A stretch of DNA of 64,000 nucleotides from a virus, in IMG/VR virus record IMGVR_UViG_3300043409_001318, positions 96,001-160,000 of that record; one strand, 5' to 3'. The notes under the pieces were generated by a model that was not told the DNA's origin, did no database searches, and saw only the letters and a list, made by a program, of their open reading frames with translations. The first letter of the stretch is position 1. Each line of letters opens with the position of its first letter. A program made the translations under genes and the position numbers. Positions 41,756 through 51,161 of the stretch are shown one piece after another.

Positions 41756-42790
41756 ATGGCCTCAACATTCAAAACTTTATCTTCAACAGATACTACAACC
41801 ACTAGAACACTTTTAAACGAAGTTATTCCTTTAACTGGAACAATAGTTTCTGGTACTTATAGTGATGCTAATATCAAAAATTATTCACATGGTATATTTC
41901 AATCCGTATATGATTATCCATACTTAAGTTCTTCAGCAAATCATATATTTGATTTAACTGTTGGATATCATAGTTCATCTACAATAGCAAATAGCGCAAA
42001 CACTCTCAACACAAAAAAAATTAATATTTATAATCAAATGGCTCAAGTCCTTGTTGGTCACGATACAACTGGTAGTATTCAACTTTTCGACCAAGATGGA
42101 GATTTAACTTCTGGTGGAACAAAACTTAAAGAATGTATCTTCGTTAACTTCGCTCGTTTATTAACAAAAGATGAAGTAAAGAAAGGTTCGTTTGAACTTA
42201 AAGTCTTTACAGGAAGCGCAAACACCACCCCAGCCAATTTATTGACTATAAGTGATTACGGTGCTGCTTCTTCTTTCAAAGTTAATTCACCAGCAGGAGA
42301 ATACGGTATACTTTATACTTCTTCTGCAACTCCAAGTGCTACAAGCGGTGTTGGATTACTTTACTATCAAGCTGGTATTGCAGTATTAACAGCTTCTATA
42401 TTCAATGGAAAGTTTGGACCAAGAACTGATACAACTACTTCAACTGGTTCCATAAGCACATATTTTCAAACAGGTTCAATAACTGGTTCAGCAGATGGAT
42501 TTAGAAATAGGTTATATAACGTTCAATTTAATAATACTACAGAATTAAACTCAACAATCTACTTCTGTCGTGCATCACATAATGAATTTAACTATTCATC
42601 TAATCCAACATATCTTTCATCAAGTAAAATTGTTGTAAAGAACACTTCAACTGATGCTCCTGTATCATATATAACAACAGTCGGTCTGTATTCAGCAGAT
42701 AATGAATTACTAGCAGTAGCTAAACTTTCAGAGCCTTTAAAGAAAGATCCAACCAACGAATTGACAGTAAGAGTAAGATTAGACTACTAA
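41756..42790 (+). CDS. Tail-collar/baseplate protein (DUF3751-like C-terminal motif)
   Basis: NEFNYSSNPT...YITTVGLYSADNELLAVAKLSEPLKKD. Confidence 0.55.
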   Translation: MASTFKTLSSTDTTTTRTLLNEVIPLTGTIVSGTYSDANIKNYSHGIFQSVYDYPYLSSSANHIFDLTVGYHSSSTIANSANTLNTKKINIYNQMAQVLVGHDTTGSIQLFDQDGDLTSGGTKLKECIFVNFARLLTKDEVKKGSFELKVFTGSANTTPANLLTISDYGAASSFKVNSPAGEYGILYTSSATPSATSGVGLLYYQAGIAVLTASIFNGKFGPRTDTTTSTGSISTYFQTGSITGSADGFRNRLYNVQFNNTTELNSTIYFCRASHNEFNYSSNPTYLSSSKIVVKNTSTDAPVSYITTVGLYSADNELLAVAKLSEPLKKDPTNELTVRVRLDY

Positions 42791-42794
42791 TTAA

Positions 42795-43970
42795 ATGTCA
42801 TTTTATAAATTTAAAGAATCTGATTTATTAATCAATAATATAAAAGCTTATCCACAAAATAACTTTTTTATATATGATTCAAAAGTTTATTACGATAACA
42901 AACCAGAAATAAGTGGTGCTTTTACTAATAATATAACTTGTGTTCCTTCTGGATACATAGAATTATACGAACAGAATATCGATAGAAATTCTGGTTCAAC
43001 TGGTTTTATTTATCCATATATAACAAAGAATGGAACTTTAGATTCATTTAGATCTGTTACAACGTCTGAATTTGATAGTGAGTTTGACTATGGAGACATA
43101 ATTACTGGCTCTTACGTTCTTTCTTCAAGTTTATATAGAGAATATTTTCAAATAGGTCAAACAAGACTTCACGTTAGCGCATTAAGAAACACCTTAAACT
43201 ATTACTCAGTTAATTCATCACACTATCTTTATTCATCTTCATTGGGGAATAAAGACACCCAAGAAATATGTTTGATTAGTGTTCCTTCAATTTTTTATGG
43301 TTCTCAAATTAAAAAGAGATCTGTTAAATTAGACTTTTATATAACAGGAACTTTAATAGGAAGATTAGAAGATAAAAATGCTAATGGTGAGTTAATACAA
43401 ACATTACCATATGGTTCTACAGGTTCTGGTTCTGTTGCTGGTGTTGTTCTCTATACCGAAGGTTTTATAGTTCTCACAGGTTCTTGGGCACTTGAAACTG
43501 GAGTTGCTAGAGATTATATTAATGATGCTGGTAACTTACTTACTTCATCTTGGGTTTATTTTGGTAATGGTATAAATGGTAATATAGAAACGCCTTCCGG
43601 TGTTTTATCTGATGTTGCTTCCAAAGTTTATTTTGAAGGTGTAACAATAACACCTGTAGTTACAATGTTCGCTCATGCTCCAAGAGGAGAATTAAACCAT
43701 TCTAATAATCCAACTTACTTAAGGTATAATACGTCTAGTTCTTATTCTAGTGGTTCTTCTGCCTATATAGAAAACAATACACTTGAAGTAAAAAATACAG
43801 TCTATTCTAATTACGCTGATCCTACTGGTTCATTTCAAAAACAAACTTTCATTAGCAAAGTTGGAATATATGATGAAAATAAAAACCTTATTGCTATTGC
43901 TAAATTAGCAAAACCAGTTAAAAAGACAGAAGAAAGAGATTTAACTTTCAAACTAAAATTAGACTTATAA
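42795..43970 (+). CDS. C-terminal paralog of 41756..42790
   Basis: GELNHSNNPT...FISKVGIYDENKNLIAIAKLAKPVKK. Confidence 0.55.
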   Translation: MSFYKFKESDLLINNIKAYPQNNFFIYDSKVYYDNKPEISGAFTNNITCVPSGYIELYEQNIDRNSGSTGFIYPYITKNGTLDSFRSVTTSEFDSEFDYGDIITGSYVLSSSLYREYFQIGQTRLHVSALRNTLNYYSVNSSHYLYSSSLGNKDTQEICLISVPSIFYGSQIKKRSVKLDFYITGTLIGRLEDKNANGELIQTLPYGSTGSGSVAGVVLYTEGFIVLTGSWALETGVARDYINDAGNLLTSSWVYFGNGINGNIETPSGVLSDVASKVYFEGVTITPVVTMFAHAPRGELNHSNNPTYLRYNTSSSYSSGSSAYIENNTLEVKNTVYSNYADPTGSFQKQTFISKVGIYDENKNLIAIAKLAKPVKKTEERDLTFKLKLDL

Positions 43971-43977
43971 GGAACAG

Positions 43978-44511
43978 ATGGAAAAACCAATTTGTGTATT
44001 GGGACTTGATATAAGCAGTTCCAAGATAGGTATTGCTGTATTAGATGAAAATAAAAATATATTAACCTCGGAAGTATTAAAACTATCTTCTGATCTTTCA
44101 TTAGAAGAAAGAGGTTTAATGTTAGAGAATAAATTAATTAAATTAAATAAACATTATTATATTGATGATGTTTTTATAGAAGAACCTTTTATAGCGTTTG
44201 GTGGTGGTAAAACAACAGCACAAACTATGGCTATTCTTCAAAGGTTTAATGGTATGTGTTCTTATATAGCATTTAAAGTATTTGAGATGAAACCAATAAT
44301 GGTTGCTGTTAGATCTGCTAGAACCAAGTTAGGAATCAAAATACCAAAAGGAACGAAGAAAGGCGATTCTAAGAAGTTCATTATTGAGTATGTTGAAAAG
44401 AACCATCCAGATTTTAAGTATAACATGACCGTCCACGGAAATCCAGCACCCGGAACCGATGACAGAGCAGATGCTATTGTTATTGCTTTGTATGGTCTAG
44501 AAACTACTTAG
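43978..44511 (+). CDS. RuvC-like Holliday junction resolvase
   Basis: VLGLDISSSKIGIAV, VFIEEP, DDRADAIVIA. Confidence 0.82.
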   Translation: MEKPICVLGLDISSSKIGIAVLDENKNILTSEVLKLSSDLSLEERGLMLENKLIKLNKHYYIDDVFIEEPFIAFGGGKTTAQTMAILQRFNGMCSYIAFKVFEMKPIMVAVRSARTKLGIKIPKGTKKGDSKKFIIEYVEKNHPDFKYNMTVHGNPAPGTDDRADAIVIALYGLETT

Positions 44512-44515
44512 GTAT

Positions 44516-45172
44516 ATGAAACCTTTTCTTATATCAAAAAAAAATAAAAAACAATTTTTAGAACTTGATTATCTTTATGCTGAATTGGATTACTACGAAG
44601 AAGGCTTAAAAGAAGCTCAAAATGAGTTTCAAGAAGCCTTTTTTGATTATTCAAAGACAAATAACTTAGGATATAATCAACCACAAAAACCAGCTAATTC
44701 TTTATCAACTGATATTTCTACCTTTGTCGAGAAAGAAGATGAAGGTAATTCCTATGAACGTTATGAAACTCCACCAGAAGAACAACAACAAACTGAAAGT
44801 GAACCAGAAGAAAAGGATGAAGATCTTTATAAGTTATACAAGAAAATTGCTTCGTTAACTCACCCAGACGTTATACCCATTAGCGAAAAAGAAGAATTAA
44901 AGCAAAAAAGAATTCAACAATTTATTGAAGCACAAGAAGCTTATAAACAAAAGAATTGGTATAAATTATGTCAAATAGCAATCTCATTAGGGTTAGAAGT
45001 TCCAGAACCTAAGAAACAACACTTAAAGTGGATGGAAAGCGAAGGTGTTAGAATAAGGAATAGGATCGAGCATATCAAATCAACGTTTGCTTGGGTTTGG
45101 TACAACGAAGAAGATGATAAAAAAGATTTAGTAATGAGAAATTATTTTAGAGTCATTGACCCTAAAAAATAA
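44516..45172 (+). CDS. J-domain-like co-chaperone protein
   Basis: LYKKIASLTHPDV...FIEAQEAY (helix II-HPD-helix III). Confidence 0.65.
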   Translation: MKPFLISKKNKKQFLELDYLYAELDYYEEGLKEAQNEFQEAFFDYSKTNNLGYNQPQKPANSLSTDISTFVEKEDEGNSYERYETPPEEQQQTESEPEEKDEDLYKLYKKIASLTHPDVIPISEKEELKQKRIQQFIEAQEAYKQKNWYKLCQIAISLGLEVPEPKKQHLKWMESEGVRIRNRIEHIKSTFAWVWYNEEDDKKDLVMRNYFRVIDPKK

Positions 45173-45184
45173 CTATGTTATGGT
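45156..45184 (+). promoter_or_regulatory. Sigma70-type promoter with extended -10
   Basis: TTGACC (45156-45161), 17 nt, TATGGT (45179-45184) preceded by TG at 45176-45177; primase ATG 6 nt downstream. Confidence 0.6.
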
Positions 45185-45190
45185 TTAGCC

Positions 45191-46117
45191 ATGACCAAAA
45201 CCTCACTACTTTCTGCTGCCCTTGGAGAATATCGCCGTTCTGGTGACGAACTCCTTTTCTTCTGTCCTTTCTGTCAACATCACAAGCGCAAACTCTCTGT
45301 AAACTTAAAATCTAATAACTTTAAGTGCTGGATTTGTGATGAACGCGGAAAGAATGTTCGTCGCTTACTCAAATCAAGACTAACCAATTCCCAGCTTTAT
45401 GAGTGGGATAAAATCAATAATGTTGTAGATTTAACACAACTTGATGATAATATCTTTCAAGAACAATCTGCTCCACTTGAAGAAGTTATTTTACTGCCAG
45501 AAGAATTTGTTTCTCTCGCAAATAAAAATCTTCCATTAAGTTCTAAATTTGCTATGAGATATCTTTTGGATCGTGGTTATACAAAAGAAAATATTGTAAT
45601 GTGGAAGATTGGTTATTGTTCTTCTGGTGAATATGCAGGAAGAGTTGTTGTTCCATCTTTTAATAATAATGGTGATATAAATTATTTTATTGCTCGTTCT
45701 TATGCCGACAAATTTCCAAAGTATATGAACCCAAAAGTATCTAAGGATATTGTTTTTAATGAACTTTATTTAGATTGGAATACAGATATTATTTTGGTTG
45801 AAGGTGTATTTGATGCGATGAAAGCAAAAAACGCAATTCCTCTTCTTGGTTCAACTCTTAATCAGCAATCAAATCTGTTTAAGAAGATTGTTTATTATGA
45901 ACCAAACATTTATATCGCATTAGATCCAGATGCAGAGAAGAAAGCATCACATCTTATTGAAAACCTTATTCAATATGACTTAAATTTGTTTAAGATTGAT
46001 GTTGAAGGATTTGGTGATGTTGGAGAAATGACGAAAGAACAATTCCTTGAAGCAAAAGCAAACGCTCAACCAATTGGAGATGATTGGGTATTAGAGAAAG
46101 GATTGCTTGCTATCTAA
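45191..46117 (+). CDS. dnaG: DNA primase (zinc-binding domain + TOPRIM)
   Basis: CPFCQHH...CWICD, GRVVVPS, YMNP, LVEGVFDAM, IALDPDA. Confidence 0.9.
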   Translation: MTKTSLLSAALGEYRRSGDELLFFCPFCQHHKRKLSVNLKSNNFKCWICDERGKNVRRLLKSRLTNSQLYEWDKINNVVDLTQLDDNIFQEQSAPLEEVILLPEEFVSLANKNLPLSSKFAMRYLLDRGYTKENIVMWKIGYCSSGEYAGRVVVPSFNNNGDINYFIARSYADKFPKYMNPKVSKDIVFNELYLDWNTDIILVEGVFDAMKAKNAIPLLGSTLNQQSNLFKKIVYYEPNIYIALDPDAEKKASHLIENLIQYDLNLFKIDVEGFGDVGEMTKEQFLEAKANAQPIGDDWVLEKGLLAI

Positions 46118-46135
46118 CCTTATTGGGGTTATAAT
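46107..46135 (+). promoter_or_regulatory. Sigma70-type promoter
   Basis: TTGCTA (46107-46112), 17 nt, TATAAT (46130-46135), then GAGG and ATG 46151. Confidence 0.7.
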
Positions 46136-46150
46136 CATCAAGAGGTAGTA

Positions 46151-49100
46151 ATGAAATTCGCTCATATTGCAGATACACACATTAAAAACTTAAAGTATCA
46201 TAATGAATACAAAACAATTTTTAATAAAATGTATGAAACTCTCTTAAATGAGAAAGTAGATTACATTATTCATTGTGGTGATATCGCACATACGAAAACT
46301 CAAATCTCACCAGAGTTTGTTGAAATGGCAGCAGATTTCTTTATCAATCTTGCTGCTATTGCTCCAACTTATATTATTCTTGGTAATCATGATGGTAATT
46401 TAACAAATGATAATCGACAAGACGCATTAAGTCCAATTGTAAACGCTCTTGGTATGGAAAATCTTCATCTTTTAAAGAAGTCGGGCGAGACAAAACTAAA
46501 AGATAATTTTTCTCTTAATGTTCTTTCTGTCTTTGACGAAGAAGGATGGGTAAAACCATCTGATCCAAACGCAGTTAATATTGCTCTTTATCATGGTTCT
46601 ATTAGTGGAGTAAAGACAGATACTAATTTTGTCTTGGAACATGCTGACCATGATATCTCTATCTTTGAGGGGCATGATTATGCTTTCCTTGGGGATATTC
46701 ACAAGACAAATCAAATCTTAGATGAAGGTGGAAGAATTAGATATCCCGGCTCCACGGTTCAACAAAATCATGGTGAGACAAACGATAAAGGATTTCTTAT
46801 TTGGGATATTCAAGACAAGCTCTCATTTGACTGCCAGCACGTTTTAATTCCAAACCCTAATCCTTTTATCACATTAGAACTAAAAGAGAATGGAGAACTT
46901 CCAGAGGGTATTAACGTGCCTCCTAATGCTCGTCTTCGGCTTCTATCTAAGAACAATCTACCAGCAGAAATGATGAAGAACGTTGGCGATGTAGCAAAAG
47001 AAAAATGGAAGCCAGAAAGTATTTCTTTCTTATCAAAGAACGTTGCCAGATCAAAAGAATTAAGAGAAGTTGTAGATGGAATTAATAAAGAAGATCTACG
47101 AAATCTAAAAGTTCAAGAACAACTTATTGAAGAGTTCTTGGTAAATTATAAAGTTGAAAGAGAAATTCTTGATAAAGTTTTTGAGATCAACAAAAAATAT
47201 AATACAGAAGTAGAAGCAAAAGAAGAAGTTGCTCGTAATGTAAATTGGAATGTAAAGTCAATTGAGTGGGATAATCTTTTTAATTATGGCGAAGGAAACA
47301 AAATTGATTTCTCAAACCTTAAAGGAATTGTAGGCATCTTTGGAAAGAATTATTCTGGTAAGTCTTCTGTAATCGATAGTATCCTTTATACTCTTTTCAA
47401 CACAACCTCAAAGAACGAAAAGAAAGTATCTAACGTTATTAATACAGCCAAAAAGAACGCAGTAGCAAATCTTACAATCTCAATTGGAGATAGCGATTAT
47501 GTAATTGCTCGTAGTTGTGAAAAAAGCATGAAGAAGAATGGAACAGAGGAAACTAAAACTGAACTAAATTTCTTGTGTGATGGTGTTTCTATGAATGGTA
47601 ATACAAGAGTAGAAACAGATCAAAACATCAAGAAACTATTTGGGACTATGGATGATTTCTTACTAACCTCTATGTCTTCCCAGCTTGACTCACTTTCTTT
47701 TATTCGTGAAGGTTCAACAAAAAGAAAAGAAATCTTAGCTCGCTTTTTGGACCTTGAATTGTTTGATGCTAAAAACAAATTAGCAAAAGAAGAAAGTGGA
47801 TCACTAAAAGCAATTATTAAAAAACTTGAAGCAATTGATTACGATACAGAAATCTTAAAACTTGATAATGAACTTGATACTACAAACCAACTTGTAAGTC
47901 ATAATAATTCTAATTCTGTAAAGATTTCACAAAATCTTGTAGAACTTCGTAATGAGATTTCTATTATTGAAGGACAACTTAAAAATAACAACACAGAAAT
48001 AATCAATATTAACGAGACATTAGAACGTAAAACATATCTGGAACAAAGTTTAGATAAAGCCACAAAGCAAAAAAGTTCTAAACAAAGTGAGCTTGGTAAT
48101 AAACAAACCGAACTTGAAAAAATTAAATCAATCATTACCAAAGATTATTCTAATATTGATGAATTAAAAGAAAAGAAAAAGCAAAAGAATGTAGTTATTT
48201 CTAACCTTCAACAAATTAATTTTGAACTACAATCAATTACAAAAGAAGAGACAGCACTTAAAAGTAAAACAGAACTTCTAACAAAAGTTCCATGTGATTC
48301 AAAATTCCCAAGTTGTATGTTTATCAAAGATGCGGTAGAGGCTTCGCCAAAACTAATTGAAACACAAGTTAAAAAGAAAAAGATAGAAGAAGATAAAGAA
48401 GCAACTTCAAATCTTCTTGAAAGTTATAAAGGCATTGACGAACAAATCAGCAAATACGAAACCCATGTAAATGATATTCATAAATTTGAAAAAGAAGAAT
48501 TACAACTAAAAGTAGAAGTTGAGAAGATGAACACGATCATTTCAAACATTAAAAAAGAAATGATTATCACAGAAGAAAAAATTGATAAATACAAAAAGAA
48601 TGAAGAAACATTTAGCAGGGCAACAGAATTAAGAATTGATAAAACACAGAAAGAAAAAGAACTTAAATTGTTAGAAGAAGTTTCAAAAAAGACTAACGAA
48701 GAACTTACCAAATCTCATATGAAGATTGGTTCTTTAACTGAAAAAGTAGCTACCCTTCAAGGAGCAAAAAAAGAGTTAGAGGATTACAGAAATCAATTTG
48801 CTGCTTATGATTACTTTATGAAAGCAACAAGCACAAATGGAATTTCCTATGAAATTATTAAGAAGAAACTTCCATTTATTAATGAAGAGATTTCAGCAAT
48901 TCTTTCTAATGTTGTTGATTTTAATGTGTTCTTTGAGGACGATGGTTCAAAACTCAATATCAATATTCAGCATTTAGATAGTGACCCACGACCAATTGAA
49001 ATGGGCTCTGGTGCAGAGAAATCTATTGCTGCTATGGCTATACGACTTTCTCTTCTACAAGTATCCAATTTACCAAAATCAAATATGTTTATCTTGGATG

Positions 49101-49276
49101 AACCCGGAACTGCTTTGGATAGTGAAAACATGGAAGGGTTTATTAGAATTCTGGATATGATTAAGAACTACTATGATACGGTCCTTCTAATTTCTCACAT
49201 GGACGCTTTAAAGGATGTAGCAGATCAAATAATTACAATTGATAATAAAGATGGTTTTGCTTCCATTACTATTTAA
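46151..49276 (+). CDS. Fused SbcD(Mre11/gp47)-SbcC(Rad50/gp46) nuclease-ATPase
   Basis: HIADTH, GDIAH, GNHD, GDIH, YPGS; Walker A GKNYSGKSS; long coiled coil; GSGAE; Walker B FILDEP; ISH. Confidence 0.92.
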   Translation: MKFAHIADTHIKNLKYHNEYKTIFNKMYETLLNEKVDYIIHCGDIAHTKTQISPEFVEMAADFFINLAAIAPTYIILGNHDGNLTNDNRQDALSPIVNALGMENLHLLKKSGETKLKDNFSLNVLSVFDEEGWVKPSDPNAVNIALYHGSISGVKTDTNFVLEHADHDISIFEGHDYAFLGDIHKTNQILDEGGRIRYPGSTVQQNHGETNDKGFLIWDIQDKLSFDCQHVLIPNPNPFITLELKENGELPEGINVPPNARLRLLSKNNLPAEMMKNVGDVAKEKWKPESISFLSKNVARSKELREVVDGINKEDLRNLKVQEQLIEEFLVNYKVEREILDKVFEINKKYNTEVEAKEEVARNVNWNVKSIEWDNLFNYGEGNKIDFSNLKGIVGIFGKNYSGKSSVIDSILYTLFNTTSKNEKKVSNVINTAKKNAVANLTISIGDSDYVIARSCEKSMKKNGTEETKTELNFLCDGVSMNGNTRVETDQNIKKLFGTMDDFLLTSMSSQLDSLSFIREGSTKRKEILARFLDLELFDAKNKLAKEESGSLKAIIKKLEAIDYDTEILKLDNELDTTNQLVSHNNSNSVKISQNLVELRNEISIIEGQLKNNNTEIININETLERKTYLEQSLDKATKQKSSKQSELGNKQTELEKIKSIITKDYSNIDELKEKKKQKNVVISNLQQINFELQSITKEETALKSKTELLTKVPCDSKFPSCMFIKDAVEASPKLIETQVKKKKIEEDKEATSNLLESYKGIDEQISKYETHVNDIHKFEKEELQLKVEVEKMNTIISNIKKEMIITEEKIDKYKKNEETFSRATELRIDKTQKEKELKLLEEVSKKTNEELTKSHMKIGSLTEKVATLQGAKKELEDYRNQFAAYDYFMKATSTNGISYEIIKKKLPFINEEISAILSNVVDFNVFFEDDGSKLNINIQHLDSDPRPIEMGSGAEKSIAAMAIRLSLLQVSNLPKSNMFILDEPGTALDSENMEGFIRILDMIKNYYDTVLLISHMDALKDVADQIITIDNKDGFASITI
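49269..49275 (+). promoter_or_regulatory. CTAWWTA motif (CTATTTA)
   Basis: Overlaps the end of SbcDC; AAGGA and ATG 49292 follow. Confidence 0.4.
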
Positions 49277-49291
49277 TATAAAGGAAAATAA

Positions 49292-49510
49292 ATGTTGAAG
49301 AACGGATTAGACAAATTCTTAGATAAGATTGTATCAAGAAAATTATTGGTTTGGATAACAGCAACGGTTTTGATGTATGGTTCTAAAATTACATCGGACG
49401 ATTGGGTTTTAATATGTATGATTTATTTAGGTTCGCAAGGAGCATTGGATATAGTGGAAAAATTCTTAAGTGTTAAAAATACAACTACAACCATTAATAA
49501 AAATGTTTAA
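49292..49510 (+). CDS. Small two-TM holin-like protein
   Basis: 72 aa, SRKLLVW..., two hydrophobic segments. Confidence 0.5.
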   Translation: MLKNGLDKFLDKIVSRKLLVWITATVLMYGSKITSDDWVLICMIYLGSQGALDIVEKFLSVKNTTTTINKNV

Positions 49511-49868
49511 CTTTATAAAAGACAATTGGAAATTAATTGCTGCTATTATATACGCAGTAGCAATTCCTTTATATTTCTATCAATCTACAAAAGCAGTATC
49601 CAATGCTTTAGATCTTTCAATAAATTCTTCAAAAGAAGAAGTATTAATACTAAACGATACTTTACAAAATCAACAAGCTTATTACGAAGTTCTAATAGAA
49701 CAACTTACAATGTCGTTAGAAGTAGAACAATTAAAACATGACGATGAACTAAGAGCCATAAGAGAAACACAAGTTTATCAGCAATCGTTATTGACCGAAA
49801 GTTTTAGAAACGATCCTACTCAAATAACAATTATATTAAAAGATAGGTATAAATTAAATGGTAATTAG
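49503..49868 (+). CDS. N-terminally anchored coiled-coil protein (i-spanin-like)
   Basis: One N-terminal TM helix followed by coiled coil; ATG 49503 overlaps the upstream gene end. Confidence 0.4.
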   Translation: MFNFIKDNWKLIAAIIYAVAIPLYFYQSTKAVSNALDLSINSSKEEVLILNDTLQNQQAYYEVLIEQLTMSLEVEQLKHDDELRAIRETQVYQQSLLTESFRNDPTQITIILKDRYKLNGN

Positions 49869-50277
49869 TTTATTGTTATTAACCAAGCTTGCGTTCGCCC
49901 AAGACTTTCAAAACCTATCACAAGGTCAAGTAGCTCCATTTACAGGGACACTTATAACCCCAGATGGAATTGCTAAAATAATAACAACTGAAGATGCTAA
50001 ACTCTCCGAGTGTGAAGAAACCTCAAGACACAAAATAGAAGTATTAACAATCTCCAAAGAAGCACAAATAGAAAAATTAAAGTTTGATTTGAAAGAACAA
50101 AAAGAAAGTTCAAGTAAAATTATAGAAGAAAAAAATAAAGAATTAGATAGAACTTATGAGATTATAAAAAAACAAAATAGAAACTTAACTCCTTTGTGGA
50201 TTGGAGTTGGTTTTACTGCTGGACTTGCTACCTCAATTGGAACTATCTATATTTATAAGGAATTAACAAATGATTAA
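49858..50277 (+). CDS. Signal-peptide protein with coiled coil and C-terminal TM helix
   Basis: LLLLTKLAFAQ signal-like start, GQVAPFTGTL, LWIGVGFTAGLATSIGTIYIY. Confidence 0.55.
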   Translation: MVISLLLLTKLAFAQDFQNLSQGQVAPFTGTLITPDGIAKIITTEDAKLSECEETSRHKIEVLTISKEAQIEKLKFDLKEQKESSSKIIEEKNKELDRTYEIIKKQNRNLTPLWIGVGFTAGLATSIGTIYIYKELTND

Positions 50278-50677
50278 AATTTTGGTAAAAGACTTAAATA
50301 AGTTGAAATCTTTTAAGTGTCCAGAAGCAACAAGAAATATAAATTTAAATTTACAAAATAGAAATAAAGCTATAAAAGAACAACATTATGGCCCACCAAA
50401 CCCTAATGAGCCAAATAACAATTTTTGGCAATCTAAAGCTGATATGTGGAATGTTGATAGTCTTGAAGAAGTTAAATCTATGTTATGTGGAAATTGTGCT
50501 GCATTTGATATGACAAATAAAATGAAAACTTGTATAGCAAAAGGAATTGGTAACGAAGATGATCCTTGGGCAACAATTAACGCAGGAACTTTGGGATATT
50601 GTAAATTTTTAAAATTTAAATGTGCCGCTAAAAGAACTTGTGATGCTTGGGTAGAAGGTGGACCAATAGAAGATTAA
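50270..50677 (+). CDS. Cys-rich hypothetical protein (possible Fe-S/metal-binding)
   Basis: CGNC...C...GYC...C...C-x2-W. Confidence 0.5.
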   Translation: MIKILVKDLNKLKSFKCPEATRNINLNLQNRNKAIKEQHYGPPNPNEPNNNFWQSKADMWNVDSLEEVKSMLCGNCAAFDMTNKMKTCIAKGIGNEDDPWATINAGTLGYCKFLKFKCAAKRTCDAWVEGGPIED

Positions 50678-51150
50678 TCAACTTTTAATCTTGTTTTATG
50701 ATATTCAGTCCAATTATCAAAATATTTTGTAGACTTTAAAGATAACTCTGCTTTTTCAACTTCTGGTCTTGGTGTCACTATTACTAATGGATATTCATTT
50801 GTTCTTGAGAAAAACCCGTTAAACGATAAATCTTCATTAGCAAGTAAATAAACAGCCCAATAATTTTTACATTTATCGTTTATAATATCTTCAAATTTTT
50901 CTTTTTCGTCAATTTTTAACTTATTGTGAGTATCTATTAATAATAGTGTAGTTTTTTCATTAAAATTATTATTATTAATTTTGTCAATAATATTGTCTAT
51001 ATTAGATAAATCAGTTATAATATAATTTATTTTATTTTGTATTCTTTCTTTTCTGGCAAAAGGACAAACAGGTAGATTTCCAAACGCTGGTGTTTTTACC
51101 TCTACAAAATTTATAATCCAACTTTTAATATTGTTAACAATATCATCCAT
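50674..51150 (-). CDS. DUF1415-like protein; only convincing minus-strand gene
   Basis: WIINFVE...NLPVCPFARKE; fills an otherwise empty gap in the + strand. Confidence 0.6.
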   Translation of the reverse strand: MDDIVNNIKSWIINFVEVKTPAFGNLPVCPFARKERIQNKINYIITDLSNIDNIIDKINNNNFNEKTTLLLIDTHNKLKIDEKEKFEDIINDKCKNYWAVYLLANEDLSFNGFFSRTNEYPLVIVTPRPEVEKAELSLKSTKYFDNWTEYHKTRLKVD

Positions 51151-51153
51151 AAA

Positions 51154-51161
51154 CTAAATAG
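51154..51161. promoter_or_regulatory. Quasi-palindromic CTAAATAG/CTATTTAG element between divergent genes
   Basis: Reads as CTAWWTA on both strands inside the 21-nt divergent gap. Confidence 0.5.

Noticed and set aside
49526-49741. Alternate-frame ORF inside the i-spanin-like gene as an embedded Rz1-type o-spanin
   Set aside because: No signal peptide or lipobox Cys, TTG start without SD, no Pro-rich Rz1 character.
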